Assembly (NCBI GenBank): GCA_034226945.1
Contig: CP120457.1
Coordinates: 1,054,001 to 1,118,000 of the forward strand
Direction of reading: 5' to 3'
From: Picochlorum sp. SENEW3
Lineage: Eukaryota
Length of the DNA stretch: 64,000 nt
The translations under genes and the position numbers were made by a program. The notes below the pieces were generated by a model. The model was not told the DNA's origin. It worked only from the letters and a program-made list of their open reading frames with translations, and made no database searches. Below are positions 63,119-64,000 of this stretch, piece by piece. The stretch's first letter is position 1. Each line of letters begins with the position of its first letter.

Positions 63119-64000
63119 ATGTTTAAAGAGTCTCAATCAACCAAGGACGTGTCCCACCTCCAGGGCCGGGATCGTGATGACGTTGTGGACTGCACGTTTG
63201 CATCGAGGTATATGAGCGAACCCATTCCAAAATCTGTCATGCCAGAGTCCAGTATTCCAGCAAATGTGGTTCACCAGGTGATCAAGGACTTGCGCACGCT
63301 GGACGCAAGGCCAAATCTTAACCTCGCATCTTTTGTGACAACTTGGATGGAGCCCCAGGCTCAAGAATTGATCATGGATTCTCTGAATATCAACTTTGTT
63401 GATACTGATGAGTACCCATCGTGCCAAGAGATTTCCAACAGGTGCGTGGCCATGCTTGCCCAGCTCTTCCACTCTCCTTCTGTGGATGCTTTGGGGAATG
63501 GAGACGCAGTCGGAGCCCCAACTGTTGGCTCCAGTGAGGCAATCATGCTTTCCGGACTTGCCATGAAAAAGAGGTGGCAGGAGAGACGCGCTGCGGAGAA
63601 CTTGGACACCACCAAGCCAAACTTGGTCATGGGAAACCAGACCCATGTGTGCTGGGAAAAGTTCTGCAGATACTGGGATGTGGAGGCTAGGTACGTCCAG
63701 GTCGAGGAAGGTCGCTACTGTGCTACTCCAGAACTCATTGCTGCTCGATGCGATGAGAACACCATTGGGGTCGTGTCTGTATTCGGTTCCACCTACACCG
63801 GTGAGTTTGAAGACACTGAAGCCCTCGATGCCATGGTGACAAAGATGAACAAGGAGAATGGCTGGAACATCGTCATCCACGTAGACGGAGCATCCGGTGC
63901 CATGGTCGCCCCATTTGTGTATCCAGATGTCAAGTTTGACTTCCGGTTGGATAATGTTGCCTCCATCAACATTTCAGGACACAAGTACGGCTTGGTTTAT
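63119..64000 (+). CDS. GAD: Glutamate decarboxylase, 5' part (runs off the right edge)
   Basis: TFASRY, PNLNLASFVTTWME, DTDEYP, TVGSSEAIML, CWEKFCRYWDVE, HVDGASG, SINISGHKYGLVY. Confidence 0.96.
   Translation, partial: MFKESQSTKDVSHLQGRDRDDVVDCTFASRYMSEPIPKSVMPESSIPANVVHQVIKDLRTLDARPNLNLASFVTTWMEPQAQELIMDSLNINFVDTDEYPSCQEISNRCVAMLAQLFHSPSVDALGNGDAVGAPTVGSSEAIMLSGLAMKKRWQERRAAENLDTTKPNLVMGNQTHVCWEKFCRYWDVEARYVQVEEGRYCATPELIAARCDENTIGVVSVFGSTYTGEFEDTEALDAMVTKMNKENGWNIVIHVDGASGAMVAPFVYPDVKFDFRLDNVASINISGHKYGLVY

Noticed and set aside
1..64000. tRNA or rRNA genes
   Set aside because: None recognised by eye; a covariance-model scan would be needed to exclude them

Overview
Very compact, gene-dense eukaryotic DNA with short GT-AG introns (about 60-230 bp). 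It is most likely nuclear DNA of a small trebouxiophyte green alga (Picochlorum-like); this is inferred from gene content and compaction, not proven. About 40 protein genes are recognisable: ELP2, a response regulator, a head-to-head GRP94/BiP pair, DP, two trypsin-like proteases, ZIP, Ariadne, PRP22, HACD/PAS2, FAD4, BDH, CBP60-like, ORC3, PILS, patatin, PDI, pGlcT, RRP15, IGPD, DnaJA, HAP2/GCS1, TMEM33, BCKDH-E1b, SSADH, UVSSA, GABA-T and GAD. Highlights: (1) a ~2.0 kb IS607-family element (about 47956-49985, minus strand) carrying a serine-recombinase TnpA and a Fanzor2/TnpB RNA-guided nuclease, with a structured omega-RNA-like right end and TGGG-containing boundaries. The Fanzor reading frame stays open through almost all of tnpA in the +1 frame (overprinting), while tnpA itself carries two nonsense codons. 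(2) Repeated footprints consisting of a 3-bp duplication plus palindromic P-nucleotides on both sides, two of them inside Fanzor. (3) The three GABA-shunt genes within ~8 kb. (4) A TAATG stop/start overlap and very short tandem spacers suggesting polycistronic or nested transcription. (5) An intact HAP2 gamete fusogen. All calls come from reading the sequence and ORF track; no database searches were run.
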